From contig NMRA01000281.1 in assembly GCA_002633005.1 (NCBI GenBank), positions 496,527 to 560,526 on the forward strand: 64,000 nucleotides of DNA. The letters are read 5' to 3'. Source of the DNA: Phoronis australis. Its lineage: Eukaryota; Animalia; Phoronida. Shown piece after piece: positions 63,263-64,000 of this stretch (position 1 is the stretch's first letter; every line of letters begins with the position of its first letter). The notes beneath the pieces are model-generated. The model was not told the origin of the DNA. It saw only the letters and a program-made list of their open reading frames with translations, and made no database searches. The translations under genes were made by a program, and so were the position numbers.

Positions 63263-64000
63263 AGCTGTTTATATTGTTATATTATCAACAAACTGTGCAG
63301 AAATTCACGTCATTATCGATTCCTTATTATGAAAATAAATCTGAATTAACAATGGCTTCACTCTTTTCACTTGGCTTTTTCAGTTTCATTATTTACGCTT
63401 TATAGTAGGAAATGAAAACGTCTCTTGCACTTGCAGGGGCGAATCCAGGATTTTGAGTTGGGCCGGGGGGAAGTGTAATTTGTCATCAAAGGAACTGATA
63501 ATAAAGATGTGATGGAAAAATATAACATTTATAAATAAACACGCAGAAGACTTAAAGAACTTTGTGAAACTTTTTAGTGCAACCAGGCAAGGAATTTTTT
63601 GTATCAAAATGTGATACAACGAATTATTATCTTTGATACGGATACAAATAATACCCTAAAAAAGCCGCGTGTGTCCTTGCATTCTGTAACACTTCTTGCA
63701 GAAAATTTTAGTGGTTGTTGTCCCTAGCAAAGCCGTGGTTATAACTAAGATCGCCTGCTTTCGTCAAGTAAAATGTGAGTGTTAAAAGAAATCAAACTTG
63801 GAGATGAGTCTTGTCTGGCTTCAATTACAAACAATTTAAAACCAATCAAAATGGCATCTAAATCACAGACTTGTCTGATTCCACTCACTTGTATTGGCTT
63901 TCAAAGGCTTTTTGACAAACGTAGCAAATTGCTGGGAAAATTACGTTTGCTACCCCTCCCCCCCCACACCTCCAAGTAAAATAACTCCTCTTGAACTTCT

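Overview
Eukaryotic (metazoan, probably marine invertebrate) AT-rich genomic DNA with spliceosomal GT-AG introns; nothing here looks prokaryotic. Two multi-exon genes were reconstructed by hand on the + strand with consistent intron phases. (1) The 3' part of an rdgB/PITPNM (Nir2/Nir3-type) membrane-associated phosphatidylinositol transfer protein gene: 17 coding exons in 2134-38428, about 1150 codons, covering the C-terminal half of the PITP domain, FFAT, DDHD and LNS2; the 5' exons lie upstream of the window. (2) A complete ODAD1/CCDC114-CCDC63-family outer dynein arm docking complex gene: 9 coding exons in 48012-61459, about 574 aa. Introns and intergenic DNA contain two decayed L1/Tx1-type LINE fragments, a Tc2/pogo-like non-autonomous transposon, several MITE families, tRNA-SINE remnants and minisatellites. 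There are also two near-identical duplications each broken by a single n (probable haplotype assembly artefacts) and an 822-n gap. I found no convincing new multi-gene system. The best leads are: an intact GxSxG lipase motif plus candidate Asp/His in this RdgB; decayed tandem copies of splice-acceptor/exon starts (one in frame); an intron-split FFAT motif in symmetric exons; and an inverted repeat pair bracketing ODAD1 exons 3-8.
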